The notes under the pieces were generated by a model. The model searched no databases and had not been told where the DNA came from. It saw nothing but the letters and a program-made list of their open reading frames with translations. DNA of 64,000 nt. It comes from Treponema sp. (GTDB taxonomy: Bacteria; Spirochaetota; Spirochaetia; Treponematales; Treponemataceae). Both the position numbers and the translations under genes were made by a program. Location of the stretch: NCBI GenBank assembly GCA_017961705.1, contig JAGCWT010000113.1, positions 8,681 to 72,680 of the forward strand, written 5' to 3'. Shown here one piece after another: positions 36,336 through 45,395 of this stretch; the first letter of the stretch is position 1; the number at the start of each line of letters is the position of its first letter.

Positions 36336-38051
36336 TTAGAATTTATATTCTACTCCTACTTGAAGTATGTTGTTGTATCGGTGATTTGAGTTCCTGTCTA
36401 CTCTGTCATTCTTGTATATTGGATTATGTTCATCTTCAAATACATATTTTCCTGTTAAAATGATATTCTTAGAAATAAATTGTGTTATATCTATTCCAAA
36501 ATCTAGTGTTGCACGTATATTTCTTTCTGCGGTATTAGGTTCGGCTTGATTTTTTGAAGCAATATACATTGTATAATCTAAATCAGGATTTCGTCGTTGT
36601 CCGAATAGAGTTACAGAACCTTTTGGATGGAAGAACTCAAATCCCAAATATTGACTGTTTCCTCCTGTTCCTATACCTGCTCCAAGCCATTGCCCCCTAT
36701 TTGTGTGTCCTTGTGTAATTTCACTATGACTATAGAATGTTGTATACCAATTTATAAGTCTGTCATAATCAGCAGAGTTTTCAAGATAGGTTAATTCCAA
36801 TAAGACTTTTAATCCGTATTTGGGAGAAAAGTTAAATGCTTTTTCTGCTCCGAATGTCCAAGCTTGTGTGTGGAATGGGTAGCGAATTATGTAATCCATG
36901 TCTGGGGAGAAATCATTTCGAGCCCATTCCAGATATACTTCAAAACCAGCTTTTTGAAGGGTATAGTCAAATATAAATGAAAATCTCTGATCCGCAGCGT
37001 CATGGCCGCCATCCATTTTTGGAAGAAAAACTCTAGTTAATGAATACGATGAAATTTCATTCCATTTAGAGAGCATTATTCGGTTGAATCCTATAGAAAG
37101 GCCGTCAAAGATTCCGGGAAACGCGTAGTTTGCTGTCATTCCAGCAATCAAATTGCTGTCGTTGTTGGTGTCGTTATCAAAATAATCAGACTCGGTAAGT
37201 TTTCCCCACCATGCACGACCTTCAACGTCACCAAGATACCAGCCAAAATATGGCATGTAAATTGCTGTTTTCCTCAAGCCAACGTCTGCTTTGGGATAGC
37301 TTGGAGCATTGTTTGAGTGAATAATGGGGTTGAGTTTTGCAGGACCTAGCCAGATTGCCTGTGTTCCAACTCCTGCTGTTAAATTGTGCCATGTGTAGCG
37401 AATTTCTGTGTCGCCCCAATCATAGGTAAAGAAAGCTTTGTCACCAAATCTTTGAGGGGCATCAATAAATTCTACTCCATAGTATCCATAAGTATCAGCT
37501 TTTCCGTTATATATTGTAAAGTTGTTGTTTTCATCAACAGTTGGATAATTTGGTTTGATATAATCAAATTCCCTGTTCTGCGAAAAGCTTAGTTGGGGTT
37601 TGAAGGTTGCTTCCAGCCCGTAGGCTTCGAGGCGGGCACCGGCGGTAAGGCTTGTGTTGTAGCCTTTGCCTTGCCAGAGGGCACCGTCGTTTTGGCCGTA
37701 GGGGGCTGCGGTGTTGTAGCTGTTGTACCATTCAGGGCCGTAGACTTTTACTTTTACGCTCTGGTCTATTCCGCGGGTAAAGAAGTTGTCAGTTTTTTGA
37801 GCTGGCTCATAGACTGTCCATTTGGAGCCAAGGCTGTTGTTTTTCCAGACGTTTTCATCGGCTGTTTTTGCTTCTTCGGTCAACGTCCATTCGTTGTCGC
37901 TTAGCGTTCGGTAGCCCAGGGTGGGGCGTCCGACAAGACCCTGCAGGCTTAGAAAGTCGTAGTATTCTTCTTCCGTGCTTTTTAGGGCTTCCTGAGAAAG
38001 AATTGATGCACATGAAAGCATGGCTGCAAAAAAAGTATAAAGTCTTTTCAT
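36336..38051 (-). CDS. Capsule-assembly Wzi-like outer-membrane protein
   Basis: Signal peptide; PYGQNDGALWQGKG, WLGPAKLNPIIHSNNAP, GQWLGAGIGTGGNSQ; terminal VGVEYKF. Confidence 0.8.
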   Translation of the reverse strand: MKRLYTFFAAMLSCASILSQEALKSTEEEYYDFLSLQGLVGRPTLGYRTLSDNEWTLTEEAKTADENVWKNNSLGSKWTVYEPAQKTDNFFTRGIDQSVKVKVYGPEWYNSYNTAAPYGQNDGALWQGKGYNTSLTAGARLEAYGLEATFKPQLSFSQNREFDYIKPNYPTVDENNNFTIYNGKADTYGYYGVEFIDAPQRFGDKAFFTYDWGDTEIRYTWHNLTAGVGTQAIWLGPAKLNPIIHSNNAPSYPKADVGLRKTAIYMPYFGWYLGDVEGRAWWGKLTESDYFDNDTNNDSNLIAGMTANYAFPGIFDGLSIGFNRIMLSKWNEISSYSLTRVFLPKMDGGHDAADQRFSFIFDYTLQKAGFEVYLEWARNDFSPDMDYIIRYPFHTQAWTFGAEKAFNFSPKYGLKVLLELTYLENSADYDRLINWYTTFYSHSEITQGHTNRGQWLGAGIGTGGNSQYLGFEFFHPKGSVTLFGQRRNPDLDYTMYIASKNQAEPNTAERNIRATLDFGIDITQFISKNIILTGKYVFEDEHNPIYKNDRVDRNSNHRYNNILQVGVEYKF

Positions 38052-38163
38052 TTATATTTCCCGGTAGCCTTTTGATTTGACTCGAAAAACTACGCTTTTT
38101 GATAGTCTTTTAATAATATTATCTTATTTAAATACAAAAATCAATGTTTGAAAATAATGAGAC
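38051..38163 (-). repeat. wzi promoter/leader region, duplicated at 42901-43014
   Basis: Manual alignment gives about 19 differences over 114 positions with 42901-43014. Confidence 0.85.
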
Positions 38164-38265
38164 TCAGCTTATGTAATTCTGTCGTAGAATATCCGTCGTA
38201 TGATTGCGATATTAACTACAATAAGAAAACCTCTTAGCAGGCTTCTGCAGTTTTCCTTTCCGATT

Positions 38266-39207
38266 TTATTTTGTCATTTCCTTTACAATAAATTTAGGCT
38301 GCTTGTTTACCGTAAGATATACCTGCCCAAGGTACTTCCCTATAATTCCCAGTGAAACGAGTATTAAGCCGCCTAAAACCAGAATCAATATGACAATTGT
38401 AGTCCAGCCGGTAACATCTGCCTTTCCTGTAAAATACTGAACTGCATATATGATGGCAAGGACAAGTCCTACTACTGCACTGAAAAATCCTGTATAAGAA
38501 GCAAGGTTCAAAGGCATGGTAGAAAATCCAAAAAGCATGCGCATAAAAACTTTTATTGATTTTATAAGATTGTAGTTTGACTTTCCAAGTTCCCGCTTGT
38601 GGTGTTCGATGTCAATCTGAGTAATGTTTCTCGTTACCTGAAAAATCAATCCGTCAATATAGGGAAAAAGGTTGTTGAACTTGCACATCTCTCTTACAAC
38701 TTCACCATTTACAATTTTAAACGGCGAAAGGTATATCCCTTTTGGCTTGTCCAATGCAATCTCACTTATTTTTCCGTTGAACCATGAGCCTAGGTTTTTC
38801 CAGAGCTTTTGTTTTTTTGCCTCAAAGTTGGCATAAACAACATCAAAACCTTTCTTTGCTTCTTCGTAAAGCTTTGGGATATCGTATGGAGAATGCTGAA
38901 GGTCGTCATCCATTATGACAACCCATTTTCCGCTCACATAGTTCAATCCAGTAAGGATTGCGCTGTCCTGGCCACCATTTTTGCGCAGGTTTATTCCCAG
39001 AAGATTTGGATTTTTTGAAGCTTCTTTTTTTATTTCGTCCCAGCTTGAATCCTTTGAACAGTCATTTACCATTATCTGTTCATAGCTGATTCCTGCTTTT
39101 GACATGGAATCTGCAATCTGACGGCTTAGTTCCGCAACACACTCATGACTGTTGTAAACAGGGATGACAATGCTTATTTCTTTTTGGGAATCTGTATTTA
39201 TGCTCAT
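38266..39207 (-). CDS. Polyprenyl-phosphate glycosyltransferase (ArnC/GtrB-like GT2)
   Basis: ISIVIPVYN, VNDCSKD, RKNGGQDSA, MDDDLQH; two C-terminal TM helices. Confidence 0.9.
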   Translation of the reverse strand: MSINTDSQKEISIVIPVYNSHECVAELSRQIADSMSKAGISYEQIMVNDCSKDSSWDEIKKEASKNPNLLGINLRKNGGQDSAILTGLNYVSGKWVVIMDDDLQHSPYDIPKLYEEAKKGFDVVYANFEAKKQKLWKNLGSWFNGKISEIALDKPKGIYLSPFKIVNGEVVREMCKFNNLFPYIDGLIFQVTRNITQIDIEHHKRELGKSNYNLIKSIKVFMRMLFGFSTMPLNLASYTGFFSAVVGLVLAIIYAVQYFTGKADVTGWTTIVILILVLGGLILVSLGIIGKYLGQVYLTVNKQPKFIVKEMTK

Positions 39208-40352
39208 TTGTAGAACTCCAGAACAGCATCAATTACTTTCTGCTGGTCACTCTCTGTAAGACCATAATAGAGTGGCAGACGGACAAGACGTTCTGAATAG
39301 GGAGTCGTAACCTCGTCTATTGCATCAAAGCGTCCAAATTTAATTCCTGCTGGACTTGAGTGAAGCGGAATATAGTGGAATACAGCAAGAATGTCATTTT
39401 TCCGCATGAATGAAATAAATGACGTGCGCTCTTTGATATCCTTTGTAATCAGATAGAACATGTGGGCATTGTGCTGGCAATCCCTTGGGATGACGGGCAG
39501 ACGAATTTTTCCCTGCTTTTCCAAATCAGCAAAGGCTGACTTGTATTTATTCCAGATTTTCATTCGTGAATTCTGAATCTCATCTGCCATTTCAAGCTGC
39601 GCCCAAAGATAGGCTGCATTCAAATCACTTGGAAGGTAAGATGAGCCGTAATCACGCCAGGTATATTTATCAACCTGTCCCCGCAAGAAACGGCTCCGGT
39701 CAGTTCCTTTTTCGCGGATAATCTCTGCCTTTTCAAAGTCATCGTTGTTTGTATTGATTATAATTGCACCGCCTTCTCCCATTGAAAAATTCTTTGTCTC
39801 ATGGAATGAAAAACAGCCGTAGTCACCGATTGTTCCCAGTGGCTTTCCCTTGTAAAAGGAACATACAGCCTGAGCCGCATCCTCAACGACTTTTAGATTA
39901 TGCCGCAGGGCAATGTCCATTATTGTGTCCATTTCGCAGGCAACCCCCGCATAGTGAACCACACAGATTGCTTTTGTCTTGCCAGTAATTGCCCTCTCGA
40001 TTTTTGTCTCATCAATATTCATCGTGTCCGTCCGTACATCGACAAAGACAATTTTAGCTCCGCGTTGAACGAATGCATCAGCCGTAGAACAGAAAGTAAA
40101 AGACGGCATAATTACCTCATCTCCAGCTTTTATATCGCAGAGAAGGGCCGCCATTTCAAGGGCTGTGGTTCCGCTTGTGGTAAGGAGGACTTTCGACGAT
40201 TTCCCTCCAGTAGTAGAATTTAGCTTTTCTTCAAACCACGCATGACATTTTTTCGTAAATTCACCGTCACCACAAATCTTGTGATTCTCGATTGCTTTCT
40301 GAATGTATTTTACTTCGTTGCCAGTTACAGGCGGAACATTAAAATGTATCAT
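39204..40352 (-). CDS. wecE: dTDP-4-amino-4,6-dideoxygalactose transaminase
   Basis: FNVPP, CGDGEFT, VVEDAAQ, FSFHETKN, EKGTDRSRFLRGQVDKYTW, AVFHYIPLH. Confidence 0.92.
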   Translation of the reverse strand: MIHFNVPPVTGNEVKYIQKAIENHKICGDGEFTKKCHAWFEEKLNSTTGGKSSKVLLTTSGTTALEMAALLCDIKAGDEVIMPSFTFCSTADAFVQRGAKIVFVDVRTDTMNIDETKIERAITGKTKAICVVHYAGVACEMDTIMDIALRHNLKVVEDAAQAVCSFYKGKPLGTIGDYGCFSFHETKNFSMGEGGAIIINTNNDDFEKAEIIREKGTDRSRFLRGQVDKYTWRDYGSSYLPSDLNAAYLWAQLEMADEIQNSRMKIWNKYKSAFADLEKQGKIRLPVIPRDCQHNAHMFYLITKDIKERTSFISFMRKNDILAVFHYIPLHSSPAGIKFGRFDAIDEVTTPYSERLVRLPLYYGLTESDQQKVIDAVLEFYK

Positions 40353-40360
40353 GATTATTT

Positions 40361-40393
40361 ATTCTAGCAAATAAAGTTTTTTTTTGCTATACT
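40361..40393. promoter_or_regulatory. Overlapping symmetric divergent promoters with T9 in the shared spacer
   Basis: Plus: TAGCAA(40365)-17 nt-TATACT; minus: TAGCAA(40389)-17 nt-TAGAAT; both -10 boxes have an upstream TGn. Confidence 0.6.
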
Positions 40394-40406
40394 ATTTAAA
40401 AGCTAT

Positions 40407-40778
40407 ATGAAAAAGCATAACAAACTCTTTCCTTTTCTCTTCATGCATTTAGCCTTTCTCGTTTACACGCTATACCCGCTTTTGGGTAAGTTTGCCACAC
40501 GGTATGACTTTTTTTCCTTACAGTTCATCGTACTTTACTGTGTGGTTTTTGCAATTCTCTTTTTGTATGCCATCCTCTGGCAACAGGTTTTAAAATACAT
40601 ACCTCTTACAACAACAATCGCAAACAAGTCTATTACTATTATCTGGGGTATGATTTTTGGGCTACTGTTCTTTAATGAAAAAATCACGCCAAAAATGCTT
40701 GTTGGAGCGGTCCTAATTCTTTCGGGAATCCTTATTCTATGCACTGAAAAAGAAAAATTGCAGGAGAATGCAGCATGA
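40407..40778 (+). CDS. EamA/SMR-like small transporter (ArnE/F-like flippase subunit)
   Basis: Four TMs; WQQVLKYIPL, FFNEKITPKMLVGAVLILSGI. Confidence 0.85.
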   Translation: MKKHNKLFPFLFMHLAFLVYTLYPLLGKFATRYDFFSLQFIVLYCVVFAILFLYAILWQQVLKYIPLTTTIANKSITIIWGMIFGLLFFNEKITPKMLVGAVLILSGILILCTEKEKLQENAA

Positions 40779-41110
40779 TTTTATACAGTGCAATCCTGAT
40801 TTTTTCGGTATTTATCTCGGCATTTTCACAGGTTCTCTTAAAAAAATCTGCCCTAAAAAGCTATGACTCTTTCATTCGGGAATACGTTAATATTTATGTC
40901 GTTCCGGCCTATGCAATCTATTTTTTGGCGGTTTTTTTGGATTTAATTGCACTTCGGAAAGTTCCTGTATCTTTCGTTCCGGTAGCCGAAGCTTCCAGCT
41001 ATGTTTTTGTGCTTCTGTTCGGGCGCATTTTCTTTAGGGAATCTTTCTCTAAGCGGAAGGTTCTTGCGATGGCTTTAATTCTTGCGGGGATTATTGTGTT
41101 TGTGATATAA
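40775..41110 (+). CDS. EamA/SMR-like small transporter (partner subunit)
   Basis: SQVLLKKSA, FFRESFSKRKVLAMALILAGI; ATGA overlap with the previous gene. Confidence 0.85.
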   Translation: MILYSAILIFSVFISAFSQVLLKKSALKSYDSFIREYVNIYVVPAYAIYFLAVFLDLIALRKVPVSFVPVAEASSYVFVLLFGRIFFRESFSKRKVLAMALILAGIIVFVI

Positions 41111-41157
41111 TTCAATTTCTAATTGAAACAAAGTTTTATTTATGATATTCTAATACT

Positions 41158-42882
41158 ATGTCTCGGTTTGTACTATTTCCTACCATTAAAAAAAACACTG
41201 GCATTTTATTGTCAGTGTTTTTTATTCTCTTATTGTTTGTAATACTTTTCATAAATAATTTTTATACATTTTGCTGGTCAGACGAGTCCTTTTACATTTC
41301 GTCTATTCATCGTCTTATAAATGGAGACTGCTTATTTACAGACGAATGGCACCCAACCCTGTTTTATGAACCGCTGCTTTTGCCTTTTTACTATTTATAT
41401 ATTTTTATTACAGGTGGAACGGAAGGAGTTTACCTTGCAGCCCGCACTGTTCAACTTTTCCTAAGGCTTTTTACTTGCTTTTTTTTGTATTTCACACTTC
41501 GGGAAAAAAATGGAAATTTTCCGGCTGTGGTTACTGCAATTCTGCTTATGCCTTTTTTGCGAGCAAACATAAAAGGATTAAGTTATTATGCCCTATCTTT
41601 AGATTTCTTTATAATTGGAATTTTATGTCTTTATAATTTTTATATTGCACGGGAAAAGCTTATTCTAACTTTTATTGCAGGATTGTTTTTTTCATTTACA
41701 GTTTTATGCAATCCATTTACTGCCTTTGTTTATATTGGTTATTCAGTATGGTATCTCATAAGGTCAATACGAAGAAATGAAAGTATAAAACCAATCCTCC
41801 TTGTCTGGGGTGGAACAGTTTTTGCAGCTGCCTCTTATATCTTATATTTGGCTACAACAAGTACAATTACCGGATTTTTATCTAGTTTTCACAATATTTT
41901 TGAGACACCAAATTATCAAAAATCATCGCTTTATGATGTTTTGATTTTTCCACTAAATAAATATATAACAAACTTGTTAAAGCCATATAAATATACGCTC
42001 CCATTTTTTATTGTTGCTGTAATTACGCTGCTTGTATTAAAAATTAAAAAAATAAGACCAAGTAAAAAAATTAAGTTTACAATATTTGTACTAAACTTAA
42101 TTTTTTTTATCTACAACTTGAAGGTAAAGAAAAGTAATCCTGGTTCCACTTTTGTTGCGCTTGCATTTTTTACATGCATATTTATTCTTCTTTATCAAGA
42201 CAAAATTTTTGATAAAACTAAACATATCCTTTTTTTTGTGATTCCAGGAATTCTTTTTTCTATTGCATGGTCATATTGTTCGGATACGAGTTACACTGTT
42301 TTTACAATTGGGTATGCCGTGGCAATGCCTGGTATGATTTGTTTGATTTTTGAACTTAGCCAAATTGTTTTTTCAAAAAATAAACAAAGATGTATTTTTC
42401 TTGCATTGTTTTTTTGTTTGATGATAACAATGTCCTTGTTTCAAAGATTTCATTATATTTATCGTGATGGGAAAAATTCTGAACTTGTATGTAAAATTGA
42501 AAATGGGCCAGCGAAAGGACTTTTTACTACAAAAATTCGAAAGCAAAAATATGATGAAGTCTATAAAACAATTTCAAAAATTTCAGATAAATATCCGAAT
42601 AAAAGTATTTATATAACACCTATGATTCCTTGGTCATATTTACTTTTGAATACTAAATATTCTGGTCCTTCTACGTGGCGTGGATATCTTGATGATTATC
42701 AAATATATAATTACTTTGAAAAAGACAATCATCCATACCCTGATTTGATTTTAATGACGAATGAAGAATACACCATTGATTCGCCTTATAAAATTCCTCA
42801 AACAGAATATGCTAACACGCTTTTAAAAAAATATGAAAAAATATCTCTGTCCATAGGGGAGCTTTTGGTACGAAAGGAATGA
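41158..42882 (+). CDS. Polytopic GT-C-fold glycosyltransferase (ArnT/GtrC-like)
   Basis: WSDESFY acidic motif after TM1, many further TMs, soluble C-terminal domain. Confidence 0.65.
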   Translation: MSRFVLFPTIKKNTGILLSVFFILLLFVILFINNFYTFCWSDESFYISSIHRLINGDCLFTDEWHPTLFYEPLLLPFYYLYIFITGGTEGVYLAARTVQLFLRLFTCFFLYFTLREKNGNFPAVVTAILLMPFLRANIKGLSYYALSLDFFIIGILCLYNFYIAREKLILTFIAGLFFSFTVLCNPFTAFVYIGYSVWYLIRSIRRNESIKPILLVWGGTVFAAASYILYLATTSTITGFLSSFHNIFETPNYQKSSLYDVLIFPLNKYITNLLKPYKYTLPFFIVAVITLLVLKIKKIRPSKKIKFTIFVLNLIFFIYNLKVKKSNPGSTFVALAFFTCIFILLYQDKIFDKTKHILFFVIPGILFSIAWSYCSDTSYTVFTIGYAVAMPGMICLIFELSQIVFSKNKQRCIFLALFFCLMITMSLFQRFHYIYRDGKNSELVCKIENGPAKGLFTTKIRKQKYDEVYKTISKISDKYPNKSIYITPMIPWSYLLLNTKYSGPSTWRGYLDDYQIYNYFEKDNHPYPDLILMTNEEYTIDSPYKIPQTEYANTLLKKYEKISLSIGELLVRKE

Positions 42883-42900
42883 TTTAAAAATACTTAGCTT

Positions 42901-43014
42901 TTTATATTTATCGGTAATCTTTAGATTTGAATCAAAAAAGTACACTTTTTTTATGGTCTCCTTATAATATTATCTTATTTAAATGCAAAAATCAGTGTTT
43001 GAAAACAATGGGAC
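42901..43014 (-). repeat. Orphan degenerate copy of the wzi promoter/leader
   Basis: Matches 38051-38163 up to the start-codon position, where the ATG is lost. Confidence 0.8.
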
Positions 43015-43099
43015 GGAGGAATGCTGGTTGAGATTTGTAGAAAGTTTTAGGAAGAGCGAATGGCTGCTGGAAGAATAGTAAAAATTACGGTGAAAGGCG

Positions 43100-43527
43100 T
43101 TATTCAAACCAGTTTTCCATCATTAGCGGGGAAACTTCTTGGATGGGTTCAAAGTGCTTGGTGTTGCGGGTTACCAGGACCATGTTGTTTGAGACTGCAA
43201 TGGCGGCAATTTGCGTGTCCTGGAAGTCAATAGGGGTGCCTTTCTCTTCTAGGCGTTGGCGGATGTCTGCCTGAATCCAGGCCGCGTGGTTGTCGTACTA
43301 TATGATTGGGTAGTTGGCTTGAATGTCGTCGATTAAGTCGGAGAATAGCAAATCCTTCTTTTTTCCACTGGGCATACGCTGTACACCGAAAAGAAGTTCA
43401 TTCCATGTTGTAGAAGAAATTCCGCAAAGTTTTTCACGTGCTTCTGATTGAAAGACACATTCTGGTTGGGATTTGCCCTCATTAGTTCTGATACGATATT
43501 AGTGTCTAGTAAATAGATAGGATTCAT
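43100..43527 (-). pseudogene. vapC: VapC/PIN-domain toxin pseudogene
   Basis: YLLDTNIVSE start; frameshift near codon 24; the alternative frame gives ISSTTWNELLFG...YPII-TAG(43298-43300)-YDNHAA...FQDTQIAAIAVSNNMVLVTRNTKHF...ENWFE. Confidence 0.88.
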
Positions 43528-43856
43528 TCTTCTGGAACCTCCACATCATCAAAAATATGCTCAGCCCCGGGACGACCAAAGTAATTTCTGTCGCGCAGGC
43601 TGTCAAAATATTCGGTGTAGTCAAAATTGTCGTCTTCAAGACCATATTTTTTTCGATTGTCCTGTAGCTTTTGCGCCAGGCTTTTTTGGGGCATGCTTGT
43701 TGCCTTCATTTCGTCATAGTCAGATTTTGAAATAATGTAGGCCACTTCCTGATTGTAGCGGGTGATTGGAACCGGACCTTCGGTTTCTGCCATGTGGATG
43801 AAAAATGGAAGCTTGTTCTTTGCTTCAAAAACGGGAACTGCATTGCACATAGACAC
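43524..43856 (-). CDS. Phd/YefM-type antitoxin
   Basis: VFEAKNKLPFFIHMAETEGPVPITRYNQEVAYIIS; ATGA overlap with vapC. Confidence 0.85.
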   Translation of the reverse strand: MSMCNAVPVFEAKNKLPFFIHMAETEGPVPITRYNQEVAYIISKSDYDEMKATSMPQKSLAQKLQDNRKKYGLEDDNFDYTEYFDSLRDRNYFGRPGAEHIFDDVEVPEE

Positions 43857-44044
43857 CTCCTGTATATGCAGATATTATATGAGTGTTATAGCTATCTGTC
43901 AAATTTGTAGCTATAAAATACTTTTGGCCATGGAATAATATAAATATATAAGTAGGCTTTGGACTGTTCCATAAAATTTGTAAGTGAAAATTTTTTTGCA
44001 AACTGTGATGATGCAAAGAATTCCTGTGATTTTTTATTTGGAAC

Positions 44045-44115
44045 CTTTGCCGGAGAGGTGCCCCTTTAGTACCGCCCGTATGGACGGTATGGCCGTTAGG
44101 GAAAGGGAGCTCGCA
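44045..44115. repeat. GC-rich hairpin related to the type-2 repeat core
   Basis: AGTACCGCCCGTATGGACGGTATG resembles AGTACCGGCCTGAAAGGACGGTATG at ~54641. Confidence 0.5.
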
Positions 44116-44134
44116 AAGAAGACTGCATCCAAAA

Positions 44135-45379
44135 TCAGCTGAGCTTTTGCACTGTTTCTATCATGAAGTCGGCGGTGCGTTTTCCGGCTTCGCCTATGTG
44201 CTGCCAGGCCTGGGCTTTTGCGCTTGCACGGCGCTGCTTTAGTTCCGGGCTGTCGGAGGCGTTTTGGATTACGTCCTTTATGCGGCCAAAGTCTTTTTCT
44301 TCCAAAAGGATACCGCAGTTTTTAAGTGTCTGCATTTCCCAGAGGCCTTCGTAGTTTTCACCGTGGATGTCGTAGGCATCGTAGGGCAGGAGGTCCATTT
44401 TGCTTGCGGCATAGATAACAGGCTTGTCGCAGAGGAAGGTGTAGTCGAAGATGATGCCGGAGAAGTCGGAGATCATGATGTCGGCTTTTTTTAGCGAATA
44501 GATGTTGTCGCGCTCGTAGTCCCAGGTGACGTTTGCCTTGTCCTTGTAGCGTTCCGTAAGTTTGTTAAGCATTTCCGCTTCTGAGATTTTTGACTGCGGG
44601 TGCGGGCGGATTATGATGTTGAACCCTGTTTGGATAAGTGGGTCTAAGAGGCGTTCACCATAGAGCGAAAGGAGGGCGCTTTTTCCCCATGACGGAGAGA
44701 CGAGAACCGTGTACTGGTGGTTTTCTTCGGCTGGTATTTCTGCAATCTTTTTTTGGAGCACGTCCAGGTAGGTGCAGCCTACTGTTACAAGCTCTTTTGC
44801 AGGAAGGTTACGCTGCTTTTCCAGGATGCGTATGTCTTCTCCTGAATAGTCGCCGGTTAGCAAGACGGAATCAAAGAAGTCTAGGCCAAAGAGCCTGTAC
44901 ATTGAAGAGTCGGTGGTTGAATGGAAGATGTGGCAGTAGTGCTTTACGTTTTTGCTGCGCTTCCACTGGTAGACGTTTACGCCGGGCGTTGTGCAGACAA
45001 GGATTCCTGCGCTCATCATGTTGAGTTTTGCATAGGCGGAGTTTCCAGTTCCTATGACTTCCGGTTTTACGTACTTGAAATTCTGGCTAAAAACCGGGTC
45101 TTCGGCGGACGAGACGTAATAGGTGATTTCCGTTTCGCGCTTTTCGAATTCCTGTAGTACAGGGAGGAAGACGTTCCAGTAGCGGCGGTCTTCACAATAA
45201 ATTACGTACTTCTTATATGAAGAATCCTGAATTACACCGTTCTTTTTGCCGGAGATTAGCACTTTTAGTTTAATCCAGACTGCCTTTGAAAGAAAGAACA
45301 GTGTGGTTGCGGCTCCAATCAAGATTGAAAAGAGCATGCTTCCCGTTCCAGGGTCAATATAAAGGAGCATAAGGTTCAT
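44135..45379 (-). CDS. CDP-glycerol:glycerophosphate transferase family (TagB/TagF-like) protein with an N-terminal YIDPGTGS anchor
   Basis: HIFHS, VLVSPSWG, IIRPHPQ, ADIMISDFSGIIFDYTFLCDKPVI. Confidence 0.85.
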   Translation of the reverse strand: MNLMLLYIDPGTGSMLFSILIGAATTLFFLSKAVWIKLKVLISGKKNGVIQDSSYKKYVIYCEDRRYWNVFLPVLQEFEKRETEITYYVSSAEDPVFSQNFKYVKPEVIGTGNSAYAKLNMMSAGILVCTTPGVNVYQWKRSKNVKHYCHIFHSTTDSSMYRLFGLDFFDSVLLTGDYSGEDIRILEKQRNLPAKELVTVGCTYLDVLQKKIAEIPAEENHQYTVLVSPSWGKSALLSLYGERLLDPLIQTGFNIIIRPHPQSKISEAEMLNKLTERYKDKANVTWDYERDNIYSLKKADIMISDFSGIIFDYTFLCDKPVIYAASKMDLLPYDAYDIHGENYEGLWEMQTLKNCGILLEEKDFGRIKDVIQNASDSPELKQRRASAKAQAWQHIGEAGKRTADFMIETVQKLS

Positions 45380-45395
45380 TTTTTATCTTCCTGCT

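Noticed and set aside
43298-43300. In-frame TAG in vapC as recoding (pyrrolysine or readthrough)
   Set aside because: The gene also has a frameshift, TAG is used as a normal stop elsewhere in the window, and no pyl genes are present.
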